A stretch of 64,000 bases of DNA from assembly GCA_964016885.1 (NCBI GenBank), contig OZ024741.1, forward strand, positions 253,642,001 through 253,706,000, written 5' to 3'. Origin of the DNA: Eledone cirrhosa. Taxonomy: Eukaryota. This document shows positions 11,831 to 26,743 of the stretch, piece by piece (the first letter of the stretch is position 1; every line of letters starts with the position of its first letter). The translations under genes were made by a program, and so were the position numbers. The notes beneath the pieces are model-generated. The model searched no databases and was not told where the DNA came from. It was given only the letters and a program-made list of their open reading frames with translations.

Positions 11831-14800
11831 CTCCACCAACACCACTCCAACAAACACTAGTAATACCCCCACCAACACCACTCCAACAAACACTAGTAGT
11901 ACCTCCACCAACACCACTCCAACAAACACTAGGAGTACCTCCACCAACACCACTCCAACAAACACTAGTAGTACCTCCACCAACACCACTCCAACAAACA
12001 CTAATAGTACCTCCACCAACACCACTCCAACAAACACTAGTAGTACCTCCACCAACACCACTCCAACAAACACTAGGAGTACCCCCACCAACACCACTCC
12101 AACAAACACTAGGAGTACCTCCAACAACACCACTCCAACAAACACTAATAGTACCTCCACCAACACCACTCCAACAAACACTAGTAGTACCTCCACCAAC
12201 ACCACTCCAACAAACACTAATAGTACCTCCACCAACACCACTCCAACAAACACTAGTAGTACCTCCACCAACACCACTCCAACAAACACTAGTAGTACCT
12301 CCACCAACACCACTCCAACAAACACTGGGAGTACCTCCAACAACACCACTCCAACAAACACTAGTAGTACCTCCACCAACACCACTCCAACAAACACTAG
12401 TAGTACCTCCACCAACACCACTCCAACAAACACTAGTAGTACCTCCAACAACACCACTCCAACAAACACTAGTAGTACCTCCACCAACACCACTCCAACA
12501 AACACTGGGAGTACCTCCACCAACACCACTCCAACAAACACTGGGAGTACCTCCACCAACACCACTCCAACAAACACTAGTAGTACCTCCACCAACACCA
12601 CTCCAACAAACACTGGGAGTACCTCCACCAACACCACTCCAACAAACACTAGTAGTACCTCCACCAACACCACTCCAACAAACACTGGGAGTACCTCCAC
12701 CAACACCACTCCAACAAACACTAGTAGTACCTCCACCAACACCACTCCAACAAACACTAATAGTACCTCCAACAACACCACTCCAACAAACACTAGGAGT
12801 ACCTCCAACAACACCACTCCAACAAACACTAGTAGTACCTCCAACAACACCACTCCAACAAACACTAGTAGTACCTCCACCAACACCACTCCAACAAACA
12901 CTAGTAGTACCTCCACCAACACCACTCCAACAAACACTAATAGTACCTCCACCAACACCACTCCAACAAACACTAGTAGTACCTCCAACAACACCACTCC
13001 AACAAACACTAGTAGTACCTCCAACAACACCACTCCAACAAACACTAGGAGTACCTCCAACAACACCACTCCAACAAACACTAGTAGTACCTCCACCAAC
13101 ACCACTCCAACAAACACTAATAGTACCTCCAACAACACCACTCCAACAAACACTAGGAATACCTCCAACAACACCACTCCAACAAACACTAGTAGTACCT
13201 CCAACAACACCACTCCAACAAACACTAGGAGTACCTCCACCAACACCACTCCAACAAACACTAGTAGTACCTCCAACAACACCACTCCAACAAACACTAG
13301 TAGTACCTCCAACAACACCACTCCAACAAACACTAGGAGTACCTCCAACAACACCACTCCAACAAACACTAGTAGTACCTCCACCAACACCACTCCAACA
13401 AACACTAGTAGTACCTCCACCAACACCACTCCAACAAACACTAGTAGTACCTCCACCAACACCACTCCAACAAACACTAATAGTACCTCCAACAACACCA
13501 CTCCAACAAACACTAGGAGTACCTCCAACAACACCACTCCAACAAACACTAATAGTACCCCCACCAACACCACTCCAACAAACACTAGTAGTACCTCCAC
13601 CAACACCACTCCAACAAACACTAGTAGTACCTCCACCAACACCACTCCAACAAACACTAATAGTACCTCCAACAACACCACTCCAACAAACACTAGGAGT
13701 ACCTCCAACAACACCACTCCAACAAACACTAGTAGTACCTCCAACAACACCACTCCAACAAACACTAGGAGTACCTCCACCAACACCACTCCAACAAACA
13801 CTAGTAGTACCTCCAACAACACCACTCCAACAAACACTAGTAGTACCTCCAACAACACCACTCCAACAAACACTAGGAGTACCTCCAACAACACCACTCC
13901 AACAAACACTAGTAGTACCTCCACCAACACCACTCCAACAAACACTAGTAGTACCTCCACCAACACCACTCCAACAAACACTAGTAGTACCTCCACCAAC
14001 ACCACTCCAACAAACACTAATAGTACCTCCAACAACACCATTCCAACAAACACTAGGAGTACCTCCAACAACACCACTCCAACAAACACTAGTAGTACCT
14101 CCACCAACACCACTCCAACAAACACTAATAGTACCCCCACCAACACCACTCCAACAAACACTAGTAGTACCTCCACCAATACCACTCCAACAAACACTAA
14201 TAGTACCCCCACCAACACCACTCCAACAAACACTAGTAGTACCTCCAACAACACCACTCCAACAAACACTAGTAGTACCTCCACCAACACCACTCCAACA
14301 AACACTAATAGTACCTCCAACAACACCACTCCAACAAACACTGGGAGTACCTCCACCAACACCACTCCAACAAACACTAGTAGTACCTCCACCAACACCA
14401 CTCCAACAAACACTAGTAGTACCTCCACCAACACCACTCCAACAAACACTAGTAGTACCTCCACCAACACCACTCCAACAAACACTAGTAGTACCTCCAC
14501 CAACACCACTCCAACAAACACTAATAGTACCTCCACCAACACCACTCCAACAAACACTGGGAGTACCTCCAACAACACCACTCCAACAAACACTAGTAGT
14601 ACCTCCACCAACACCACTCCAACAAACACTAGGAGTACCTCCACCAACACCACTCCAACAAACACTAGTAGTACCTCCAACAACACCACTCCAACAAACA
14701 CTAATAGTACCTCCAACAACACCACTCCAACAAACACTAATAGTACCTCCACCAACACCACTCCAACAAACACTAGTAGTACCTCCACCAACACCACTCC

Positions 14801-16140
14801 AACAAACACTAGTAGTACCTCCACCAACACCACTCCAACAAACACTAATAGTACCTCCACCAACACCACTCCAACAAACACTGGGAGTACCTCCAACAAC
14901 ACCACTCCAACAAACACTAGTAGTACCTCCAACAACACCACTCCAACAAACACTAATAGTACCTCCACCAACACCACTCCAACAAACAATAATAGTACCT
15001 CCACCAACACCACTCCAACAAACACTAGTAGTACCTCCAACAACACCACTCCAACAAACACTAATAGTACCTCCACCAACACCACTCCAACAAACACTAG
15101 GAGTACCTCCACCAACACCACTCCAACAAACACTAGTAGTACCTCCACCAACACCACTCCAACAAACACTAATAGTACCTCCAACAACACCACTCCAACA
15201 AACACTGGGAGTACCTCTACCAACACCACTCCAACAAACACTAGTAGTACCTCCACCAACACCACTCCAACAAACACTAATAGTACCTCCAACAACACCA
15301 CTCCAACAAACACTAATAGTACCTCCAACAACACCACTCCAACAAACACTAGGAGTACCTCCACCAACACCACTCCAACAAACACTGGGAGTACCTCTAC
15401 CAACACCACTCCAACAAACACTAGTAGTACCTCCACCAACACCACTCCAACAAACACTAATAGTACCTCCAACAACACCACTCCAACAAACACTAGTAGT
15501 ACCTCCACCAACACCACTCCAACAAACACTAATAGTACCTCCAACAACACCACTCCAACAAACACTAGTAGTACCTCCAACAACACCACTCCAACAAACA
15601 CTAGTAGTACCTCCACCAACACCACTCCAACAAACACTAGTAGTACCTCCAACAACACCACTCCAACAAACACTAGGAGTACCTCCAACAACACCACTCC
15701 AACAAACACTAGTAGTACCTCCACCAACACCACTCCAACAAACACTAGTAGTACCTCCACCAACACCACTCCAACAAACACTAGGAGTACCTCCAACAAC
15801 ACCACTCCAACAAACACTAGTAGTACCCCCACCAACACCACTCCAACAAACACTAATAGTACCTCTACCAACACCACTCCAACAAACACTAGTAGTACCT
15901 CCAACAACACCACTCCAACAAACACTAATAGTACCTCCACCAACACCACTCCAACAAACACTAGTAGTACCTCCACCAACACCACTCCAACAAACACTAG
16001 TAGTACCTCCACCAACACCACTCCAACAAACACTAGTAGTACCTCCACTAACACCACTCCAACAAACACTAGTAGTACCTCCACCAACACCACTCCAACA
16101 AACACTGGGAGTACCTCCACCAACACCACTCCAACAAACA
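11831..16140 (+). repeat. 36-bp minisatellite, about 120 copies
   Basis: Unit CTCCACCAACACCACTCCAACAAACACTAGTAGTAC with a few recurrent variants (AGT/AAT/AGG/GGG; ACC/AAC). No frameshifting indels: a 1490-aa minus-strand frame with a 12-aa period runs through it. Confidence 0.97.
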
Positions 16141-16315
16141 TCAGCAGCAAGACTGTAGTGAGTGAGCTTCTAAGTGGTTGCTCCACCTGCTAGAAATAGT
16201 AGCTAAATCTTAAAACACAGACAACCATTCAAAATAAGTAAGAAATCATTGGATAATGTAATTCGAGTTATACTACATATAGAACATAATAAAAATAAGG
16301 TGGGATGGTCATGAC

Positions 16316-16531
16316 TGGTGGTGGTCGTGGTGGTGGTGGTGGTGCTGGTGGTGGTGTTGGTGATGTGGTGGTGGTGGTGGTGCTGCTGGTGGTGGTGTTG
16401 GTGGTGGTGGTGCTGGTGCTGGTGGTGGTGGTGGTTATGGTGGTGGTGGTGGTGGTGGTGGTGGCGCTGGTGGTAGTGGTGGTGGTGGTGGTGGTGGTTG
16501 TGTTTTTGGTGGTAGTCTTCGTGTTGGTAGC

Positions 16532-16567
<36 letters not shown>

Positions 16568-16735
16568 GCTGGTGTTGGTGATGGTGCTGTTGTTGATGCT
16601 GGTGGTGGTTTCGGTGGTGGTGGCGTTGATGATGGTGATAATGAAGGTGCTGGTGATGATGATGATGATAATGAAGGAGCTGGTGATGATGATGATGATA
16701 ATGGTGATGGTGATAGCTGTGACAATAATGATAAT
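16316..16735 (+). repeat. (GGT)n/(GAT)n degenerate microsatellite
   Basis: Seen directly. Confidence 0.9.
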
Positions 16736-17029
16736 GGAGGTGCCTGAAGATAATACTTTCTTTATTTGTTATATTATATTCAATAGGAGGAATGCGTGCA
16801 AGACAACAACAACAACAACAACAAAAACAGTAACAACAACAACTTTATCATCATCAGTAACAGAAACAACAACAGCAGCAGCAGTACCATCAACAATAAC
16901 GGAAACAGCAGTAACTATTCACAACCATGACAGTAACAACAACAACAGTAACAACAGCAATAACAGCAGCAGTAACAACAACAGAAACAGCAATAACTAT
17001 TTAGACCCACGACATTATCACCAGCAACA

Positions 17030-20000
17030 GTAACAACAACAACACTAACAACAACAGTAACAACAACAACACTAACAACAGCAGTAACAACAACAACACT
17101 TACAACAGCAGTAACAACAACAACACTTACAACAGCAGTAACAACAACAACACTAACAACAGCAGTAACAACAACAACAACACTAACAACAATAACACTA
17201 ACAACAGCAGTAATAACAACGACAACACTAACAACAGCAGTAACAACAACAGTAACAACAACACTAACAACAGCAGTAACAACAACAACACTAACAACAA
17301 CACTAAGAACAACACTAACAACAACAGTAACAACAACAACACTAACAACAGCAGTAACAACAACACTAACAACAACAGCAGTAACAACAACAACACTAAC
17401 AACAACACTAACAACAGCAGTAATAACAACACTAACAACAGCAGTAACAACAACAACACTAACAACAACAGTAATAACAACACTAACAACAGCAGTAACA
17501 ACAACAACACTAACAACAACAGTAACAAAAACAACACTAACAACAGCAGTAACAACAGCAGTAATAACAACACTAACAACAGCAGTAACAACAACAACAC
17601 TAACAACAACAGTAACAACAACACTAACAACAGCAGTAACAACAACAACACTAACAACAACAGTAACAACAACAACACTAACAACAGCAGTAATAACAAC
17701 ACTAACAACAACAGTAACAATAACAACACTAACAACAGCAGTAACAACAACAACACTAACAATAGCAGTAATAACAACACTAACAAAAACAGTAACAACA
17801 ACACTAACAAAAACAGTAACAACAACAACACTAACAACAACAGTAACAACAACACTAACAACATCAGTAACAACAACAACACTAACAACAGCAGTAATAA
17901 CAACACTAACAACAGCAGTAACAACAACAACACTAACAACAGTAACAACAACAACAACACTAACAACAATAACAACAACAACAACACTAACAACAACAGT
18001 AACAACAACAACACTAACAACAACAGTAACAACAACAACACTAACAACAACAGTAACAACAACACTAACAACAGCAGTAACAACACTAACAACAGCAGTA
18101 ACAACAACAACACTAACAACATCAGTAACAATAACAACACTAACAACAACAGTAACAACAACAACACTAACAACAGCAGTAACAACAACAACACTAACAA
18201 CAGCAGTAACAACAACAACACTAACAACAGCAGTAATAACAACAACACTAACAACAACAGTAACAACACAGCACTAACAACAACACTAACAACAGCAGTA
18301 ACAACAACAACACTAACAACAGCAGTAATAACAACAACACTAACAACAACAATAACAACACAACACTAACAACAACACTAACAACAGCAGTAACAACAAC
18401 AACACTAATAACAGCAGTAATAACAACAACACTAACAACAACAGTAACAACACAACACTAACAACAACACTAACAACAACAGTAACAACAACAACACTAA
18501 CAACAACAGTAACAACAACACTAACAACAGCAGTAACAACAACAACACTAACAACAGCAGTAACAACAACACTAACAACAGCAGTAACAACAACAACACT
18601 AACAACAGCAGTAATAACAACACTAACAACAGCAGTAATAACAACACTAACAACAGCAGTAACAACAACAACACTAACAACAGCAGTAACAACAACAACA
18701 CTAACAACAACAGTAACAACAACACTAACAACAGCAGTAACAACAACAACACTAACAACAGCAGTAACAACAACAACACTAACAACAGCAGTAACAACAA
18801 CAACACTAACAACAACAGTAACAACAACAACACTAACAACAGCAGTAACAACAACAACACTAACAACAGCAGCAATAACAACACTAACAACAGCAGTAAC
18901 AACAACAACACTAACAACAACAGTAACAACAACACTAACAACAGCAGTAACAACAACAACACTAACAACAGCAGTAACAACAACAACACTAACAACAGCA
19001 GTAACAACAACAACACTAACAACAACAGTAACAACAACAACACTAACAACAGCAGTAATAACAACAACACTAACAACAACAGTAACAACAACACTAACAA
19101 CAGCAGTAACAACAACAACACTAACAACAGCAGTAACAACAACAACACTAACAAAAGCAGTAACAACAACAACACTAACAACAGCAGTAACAACAACAAC
19201 ACTAACAACAGTAACAACAACACTAACAACAGCAGTAACAACAACAACACTAACAACAGCAGTAACAACAACAACACTAACAACAACAGTAACAACAACA
19301 ACACTAACAACAGCAGTAACAACAACAACACTAACAACAGCAGTAACAACAACAACACTAACAACAACAGTGACAACAACAACACTAACAACAGCAGTAA
19401 CAACAACAGCACTAACAACAGCAGTAACAACAACAACACTAACAACAACAGTAACAACAACACTAACAACAGCAGTAACAACAACAACACTAACAACAGC
19501 AGTAACAACAACAACACTAACAACAGCAGTAACAACAACAACACTAACAACAACAGTAACAACAACAACACTAACAACAGCAGTAATAACAACAACACTA
19601 ACAACAACAGTAACAACAACACTAACAACAGCAGTAACAACAACAACACTAACAACAACAGTAACAACAACACTAACAACAACAGTAACAACAACAACAC
19701 TAACAACAGCAGTAACAACAACAACACTAACAACAGCAGTAACAACAACAACACTAACAACAACAGTAACAACAACAACACTAACAACAGCAGTAATAAC
19801 AACAACACTAACAACAACAGTAACAACAACAACACTAACAACAACAGTAACAACAACAACACTAACAACAGCAGTAACAACAACAACACTAACAACAGCA
19901 GTAACAACAACAACACTAACAACAGCAGTAACAACAACAACACTAACAACAGCAGTAAGAACAACAACACTAACAACAGCAGTAACAACAACAACACAAA

Positions 20001-21490
20001 CAACAGCAGTAATAACAACACTAACAACAGCAGTAATAACAACACTAACAACAGCAGTAACAACAACACTAACAACAGCAGTAACAACAACAACACTAAC
20101 AACAACAGTAACAACAACACTAACAACAGCAGTAACAACAACAACACTAACAACAACAGTAACAACAACACTAACAACAGCAGTAACAACAACAACACTA
20201 ACAACAACAGAAACAACAACACTAACAACAGCAGTAACAACAACAACACTAACAACAGCAGTAACAACAACAACACTAACAACAACAGTAACAACAACAA
20301 CACTAACAACAGCAGTAACAACAACAACACTAACAACAGCAGTAACAACAACAACACTAACAACAACAGTAACAACAACACTAACAACAGCAGTAACAAC
20401 AACAACACTAACAACAGCAGTAACAACAACAACACTAACAACAGCAGTAACAACAACAACACTAACAACAACAGTAACAACAACAACACTAACAACAGCA
20501 GTAACAACAACAACACTAACAACAGCAGTAACAACAACAACACTAACAACAACAGTAACAACAACACTAACAACAGCAGTAACAACAACAACAACACTAA
20601 CAACAGCAGTAACAACAACAACACTAACAACAGCAGTAACAACAACAACACTAACAACAACAGTAACAACAACACTAACAACAGCAGTAACAACAACAAC
20701 ACTAACAACAGCAGTAACAACAACAACACTAACAACAGCAGTAACAACAACAACAACACTAACAACAACAGTAACAACAACAACACTAACAACAGCAGTA
20801 ACAACAACAACACTAACAACAACAGTAACAACAACACTAACAACAGCAGTAACAACAACAATACTAACAACAGCAGTAACAATAACAACACTAACAACAA
20901 CAGTAACAACAACAACACTAACAACAGCAGTAACAACAACAACACTAACAACAGCAGTAACAACAACAACACTAACAACAACAGTAACAACAACAACACT
21001 AACAACAGCAGTAACAACAACAACACTAACAACAACAGTAACAACAACAACACTAACAACAGCAGTAATAACAACAACACTAACAACAGTAACAACAACA
21101 CTTACAACAGCAGTAACAACAACAACACTAACAACAGCAGTAACAATAACAACACTAACAACAACAGTAACAACAACAACACTAACAACAGCAGTAATAA
21201 CAACAACACTAACAACAGTAACAACAACACTAACAGCAGCAGTAATAACAACAACACTAACAACAGCAGTAACAACAACAACACTAACAACAACAGTAAC
21301 AACAACACTAACAACAACAGTAACAACAACAACACTAACAACAGCAGTAATAACAACAACACTAACAACAGTAACAACAACACTAACAACAGCAGTAACA
21401 ACAACAACACTAACAACAACAGTAACAACAACACTAACAACAGCAGTAACAACAACAACACTAACAACAGCAGTAACAACAACAACAGTA
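17030..21490 (+). repeat. (AAC)-derived 24/27-bp minisatellite
   Basis: Unit ACAACAACA(ACA)CTAACAACA(G/A)CAGTA with variable numbers of ACA triplets. Confidence 0.95.
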
Positions 21491-21600
21491 ATTGTACAAA
21501 CATCATCATCATCACCATCAACAACAGCATTAAAAGTACAAGCATCATCATCATCATCATCATCATCAGCAGCAGCAATATTAAAAGTACAAGCATCATT

Positions 21601-21631
<31 letters not shown>

Positions 21632-21845
21632 CCAACAGCAACATTAATAGTAGAAGCATGATCATCACCATGAACAACAACTTCAGCAACAATAGAGTTT
21701 TAAAAAGTACAAATTTCAAATGAAGCACTGAGATGCCCACATATTAGAGACCTGCACTATGTGGTCCTCTCTACTCACCCTTCTCCTCCTCACCTTCCTC
21801 CCTCCATCACATTGGAGCCTTCTCTAACTCCTCCCATCACTATTC

Positions 21846-21971
21846 ATACACACACACACACATACATACACACACACATACATACACACACACATACATA
21901 CATACACACATACACACACATACATACACACACACACATACATACATACCCACACACATACATACACACAC

Positions 21972-22002
<31 letters not shown>

Positions 22003-22536
22003 TACATACACACACACATACATACACACACACATACATACACACACACACATACATACACACACACACACATACACACACACACACATACATACACACA
22101 CACATACATACATACACACACACATACATACACATACACACATACATACATACACGCACACATACACACACACATACATACACACACACATACACACACA
22201 TACATACACACACACATACATACACACACATACATACACGCACATACATACATACACACATACATACACACACATACATACATACATAGATACACACACA
22301 CATACATACATACACACACACACACACATACACACACACACATACATACATACATACATACATACATACACACACACATACATAGATACACACTCACATA
22401 CATACACACACATACATACATAGATACACACACACATACATACATACACACACACATACATACATACACACACACATACACACATACATACATACATACA
22501 TACATACATACATACATACACACACACATACATACA
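21846..22536. repeat. Compound (CA)n/(CATA)n microsatellite
   Basis: Seen directly. Confidence 0.95.
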
Positions 22537-22637
22537 TAATTGAGTGTATCTTTAACAATATTATCATCTTCAGTATCAAAACTAACACCGTTCCACAACT
22601 GTTCTGTACCAAACCCATCATCACTAGGAGGAGGCGG

Positions 22638-22741
22638 AGAAGAAGAAGAAGAAGAAGAAGATGAAGAAGAAGAAGAAGAAGAAGAAGAAGAAGAAGAAGA
22701 AGAAGAAGAAGAAGAAGAAGAATGACAAGAAGAAGAAGAAA
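22638..22741 (+). repeat. (GAA)n microsatellite
   Basis: Seen directly. Confidence 0.95.
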
Positions 22742-22804
22742 AAGAGTGGCAAGGAGAAAGAGTGAGGCGAAACATGCTTAAGGACCATCTGGGGTGTAGT
22801 GTGT

Positions 22805-23298
22805 GTGTGTGCTAGTGTGTGTTAGTGAGTGTAAGTCTGTAAGTGTGTGCTAGTGTGTGTTAGTGAGTGTAAGTCTGTAAGTGTGTGCTAGTGTGTGTTA
22901 GTGAGTGTAAGTGTGTGCTAGTGTGTGTTAGTGAGTGTAAGTGTGTGCTAGTGTGTGTTAGTGAGTGTAAGTGTGTGCTAGTGTGTGTTAGTGAGTGTAA
23001 GTCTGTAAGTGTGTGCTAGTGTGTGTTAGTGAGTGTAAGTGTGTGTTAGTGTGTGTTAGTGAGTGTAAGTCTGTAAGTGTGTGCTAGTGTGTGTTAGTGA
23101 GTGTAAGTGTGTGCTAGTGTGTGTTAGTGAGTGTAAGTCTGTAAGTGTGTGCTAGTGTGTGTTAGTGAGTGTAAGTGTGTGCTAGTGTGTGTTAGTGAGT
23201 GTAAGTCTGTAAGTGTGTGCTAGTGTGTGTTAGTGAGTGTAAGTGTGTGCTAGTGTGTGTTAGTGAGTGTAAGTCTGTGTAAGTGTGTGCTAGTGTGT
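22805..23298 (+). repeat. 30/38-bp GT-rich minisatellite
   Basis: Unit GTGTGTGCTAGTGTGTGTTAGTGAGTGTAA with an optional GTCTGTAA insert. Confidence 0.92.
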
Positions 23299-23352
23299 TC
23301 ATACGTTCTTATAATAATAATGTTCTACTTTTGGGCACAAGGCCAGCAATTA

Positions 23353-23420
23353 TCCCAGTGTATTACTGGTACTTTATTTTATCGACCCCGTAAGGATGAA
23401 AGGCAAAGTTAACCTCGGCG
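23353..23420 (-). mobile_element. SINE remnant (same family as 3655-3750)
   Basis: Minus strand CGCCGAGGTTAACTTTGCCTTTCATCCTTACGGGGTCGATAAAATAAAGTACCAGT. Confidence 0.65.
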
Positions 23421-23983
23421 TATTGTGTACAGTTCTCAGGTGCACTACAACTCATCAAAAGTGTATGTATAGTACATAGGGTAATGTACAAACGTCAGGA
23501 AGATGAACAGTGCATGAGTCATGATACACACGTGTGTGCATGTGTATGAAAGGGGGACATCAGGTGTAGTTTTGGCGTATTTCGGGAAGCATGAGGGTTT
23601 TAAAGGATGCATTATGTATGTGTGTAAAGTATGTACGTGTGACACAGTATGAGTATGTATGAGTATGTATGTATGTATGTATATGGCATTTACTTACCTC
23701 ATGTGTATGTAAGTGTGAGCATATATGTATATGGGTGTCTGTGTGTATGCATATGTATAATACATAAGTGTATTTTTTTCACTTATTTTTATGTATACAT
23801 GCATTATTGCATTTATGTATATGTATGTATTAATTTATGTATGTACAAGTACATATATGTGCATGTATGTATGTGTGTATATATGTTAATGTGTTGGTAT
23901 GATATAATACACAGATTAATAAATATGTAAGCATGTATATACTTAAAAACAGCTACAGTACTTGAGTGGGTGATGTGTATATA

Positions 23984-24032
<49 letters not shown>

Positions 24033-24043
24033 ACACACACACG

Positions 24044-24112
<69 letters not shown>

Positions 24113-24205
24113 GTTAAAATACTGGAGTGTGTTGGAGTTAAACACCCTCTTCGTATTATAGAAATGACAGTAAAAGGTATAGCTCAATGTAGTTAAACAG
24201 TTCTC

Positions 24206-24239
<34 letters not shown>

Positions 24240-24465
24240 CTTGCAAGCAGGGAAAAGCGGACGTAAAATGATGATGATGATGATGATGATATATATGTAT
24301 ACATACATACACACACACATATATATATATGTGTGTATGTGTGTGGTGTGTGTGCGTCTGTATGCATATAATAAATGTTTTGGTATGTATATATATATAT
24401 GTGTGTGTCTGAGTGTGTATGTGTACATGCATACATGCATACATACATATATATATATATATATG

Positions 24466-24547
<82 letters not shown>

Positions 24548-24582
24548 CAGTTTATGCATGAATAGGTATGCATTCATGTATG

Positions 24583-24613
<31 letters not shown>

Positions 24614-24794
24614 CTATATGCCTATGTGTCTGTGTGTTTGTGTGCACCAGATAGTTCTCCTGCCAACTCAATCAATAAAATAAGGTCAAACTCCAGTGCC
24701 AACAAAGACTGCTGCACAAGCACTTACCTCACCCCCACTTCTCTCACACACCCGTCACACATGCACACATACACACTCTTTTATAAATATATCC

Positions 24795-24877
<83 letters not shown>

Positions 24878-25153
24878 TCTCTCTTTTTCTCTACCCCTGC
24901 AGCACCTCCAAGAACTTCTCAGTCAAAGACACTCTAACTCAAACAAATCACTTTGTTCTAGTGTGGTGCTAAACCAGCAAAACAAACTATGTTGTCTGCA
25001 CATCAAGTAATGTGAAATGTCTTACAACATTTACCAACGTCTCATTGTCATTAAGATACATCATTTATGTATCTGTGTGTGCAAATACACATGCATACAC
25101 ACACACACACACACACACGCCCCCCCCCCCCCCACCCACCCACACACACATAT

Positions 25154-25610
25154 AAGGGAACCATCTTCAGAAGGCTCTTCTCACTCGGAGAATATAAAAT
25201 TCCCGAGTTCAAATCACAAACTGACGCCATACAAAACCATTCCCAGATGAGAGTGAATGATAAAAGAAATAATTCTGTCTGGTGCCGTGTGCAAAGACAA
25301 AAGGCAGGGTGGACAGGTCAATGTCCTGCCACTAGAAATAGCAGCAGTCCAAACGGCCAAATTTTATCTCTACCTTAGGGGTGAGTAATAATAATAAAGT
25401 ATGAATTCCTATGTGTAAAAAATACATTCTAGTGGCAGGACATTGACCTGTCCACCCTGCCTTTTGTCTTTGCACACGGCACCAGACATAATTATTTCTT
25501 TTATCATTTACTCTCATCTGGGAGTTGTTTTGAATGGCGTCAGTTTGTGATTTGAACTCAGGAATTTTATATTCTCCGAGTGAGAAGAGTCTTCTGAAGA
25601 TGGTTCCCTT
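25154..25610. repeat. Fold-back inverted repeat with 184-bp arms and an 89-bp spacer (Penelope-like pLTR inversion candidate)
   Basis: 25154-25337 is the reverse complement of 25427-25610 with only a few mismatches. The two ORFs 25067(+) and 25332(-) share the peptide KGTIFRRLFSLGEYKIPEF. Confidence 0.93.
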
Positions 25611-25658
25611 CTCAATGGAAGTCACGTTTATTCTGGAACTTGAAACCGCGGTAAAGGC
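25589..25658 (+). ncRNA. Type I hammerhead ribozyme (minimal, palindromic helix III)
   Basis: Helix I GTCTT/AAGGC; core CTGAAGA (25594-25600); helix II GGTTCC/GGAACT; GAAA (25642-45); helix III palindrome ACCGCGGT; cleavage triplet GUA (cut after 25653). Confidence 0.8.
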
Positions 25659-25726
25659 ACATATAGTAAGTACAGCGAATTTTTTAAAATTTATTTTAAA
25701 ACATTTTCTCTATTTGCTAGACCTTG

Positions 25727-25757
<31 letters not shown>

Positions 25758-25790
25758 TTCGTGGCAACATGACCCTCCCAAAGTATAACA

Positions 25791-25930
<140 letters not shown>

Positions 25931-26037
25931 GGTAAACAGAAATAACAAGGAGTACAGTATATGGAAGGAATATATTAGGTTAACGCTATATATATCAAGG
26001 GCGGGTAAAATTCCCGAGATCCATGGACGAGTTCTCT

Positions 26038-26415
26038 CTAGCGGTCTCTGTCCCTCATTATCACTGCCATGTCCTGTGTCTCCAACAGACCAGTGTCTGT
26101 CCTTAGGGCATCAACATACGTTAACCTTGGTCTTCCTCTTCCAGTGTGTCCATGCAGGGGCTCCCACAGGAGCACTGAGTGCAGTGTCAACTCTGGATGT
26201 CGGTGAGCATGTCCAGCGAACCCCAGTCTCCTCTGTGTCACTTTTGAGTTGACTTTTGGGAGGCTCCCATACAGCTCTGAGTTTTTCATCCTCAGTGTAT
26301 ACTGATTAATGTTCAGAGCCATCCTCAGTATTCTCGTGTAGCACCCATCCACCATCTGAGTGAGTTTCTTGGTCAGTGTCCAAGTCTCAGACCCGTTCAG
26401 CAACACAAACTCCAC
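26038..26415 (-). mobile_element. RTE/RTE-X LINE 3' ORF fragment
   Basis: LLNGSETWTLTKK..DGCYTRILRMALNI...FAGHAHRH...LLWEP..GRGRPRLTYVDAL is the typical RTE C-terminal region. Confidence 0.8.
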
Positions 26416-26743
26416 TACAACAATGAATATATGCTGTATATATATTTATCACATGTATATGTGTTTGTAATATATATTTGCTAAGTGTATTTATGACGTG
26501 TTTATACGAGCCTTTTTAAATATATACACCATATCCAAGTATGTCATAAGAAGCAACTAAAAAGCAGGCAACATGAAGAACACCCACCTATAAAACATTG
26601 TCATACAACTTCCTGTCCAACCTATGACAGTATGAAAAAGGGAATATAAAAACCATGAGGGTGATGCTGGTATATGTATACATATATATATATGTTATAA
26701 AGATTTAGGACCCGATGGCTGAGCTCTTGCCATCAGGTCCCAA

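Noticed and set aside
11831-16140. 36-bp repeat as a CRISPR array
   Set aside because: Units are directly adjacent with no unique spacers, the context is eukaryotic, and there are no cas genes.
11714-16186. 1490-aa hydrophobic VLLVFVGVVLVE ORF on the minus strand
   Set aside because: It is an open frame of a 36-bp tandem repeat with implausible composition, and its start lies in SINE-like flank.
17127-21740. Poly-Leu and Thr-rich ORFs
   Set aside because: (AAC)-derived minisatellite with internal frameshifts near 18270 and 18360-18450.
21761-25010. HT/YI/CV/SL dipeptide ORFs
   Set aside because: Dinucleotide and tetranucleotide microsatellite artefacts.
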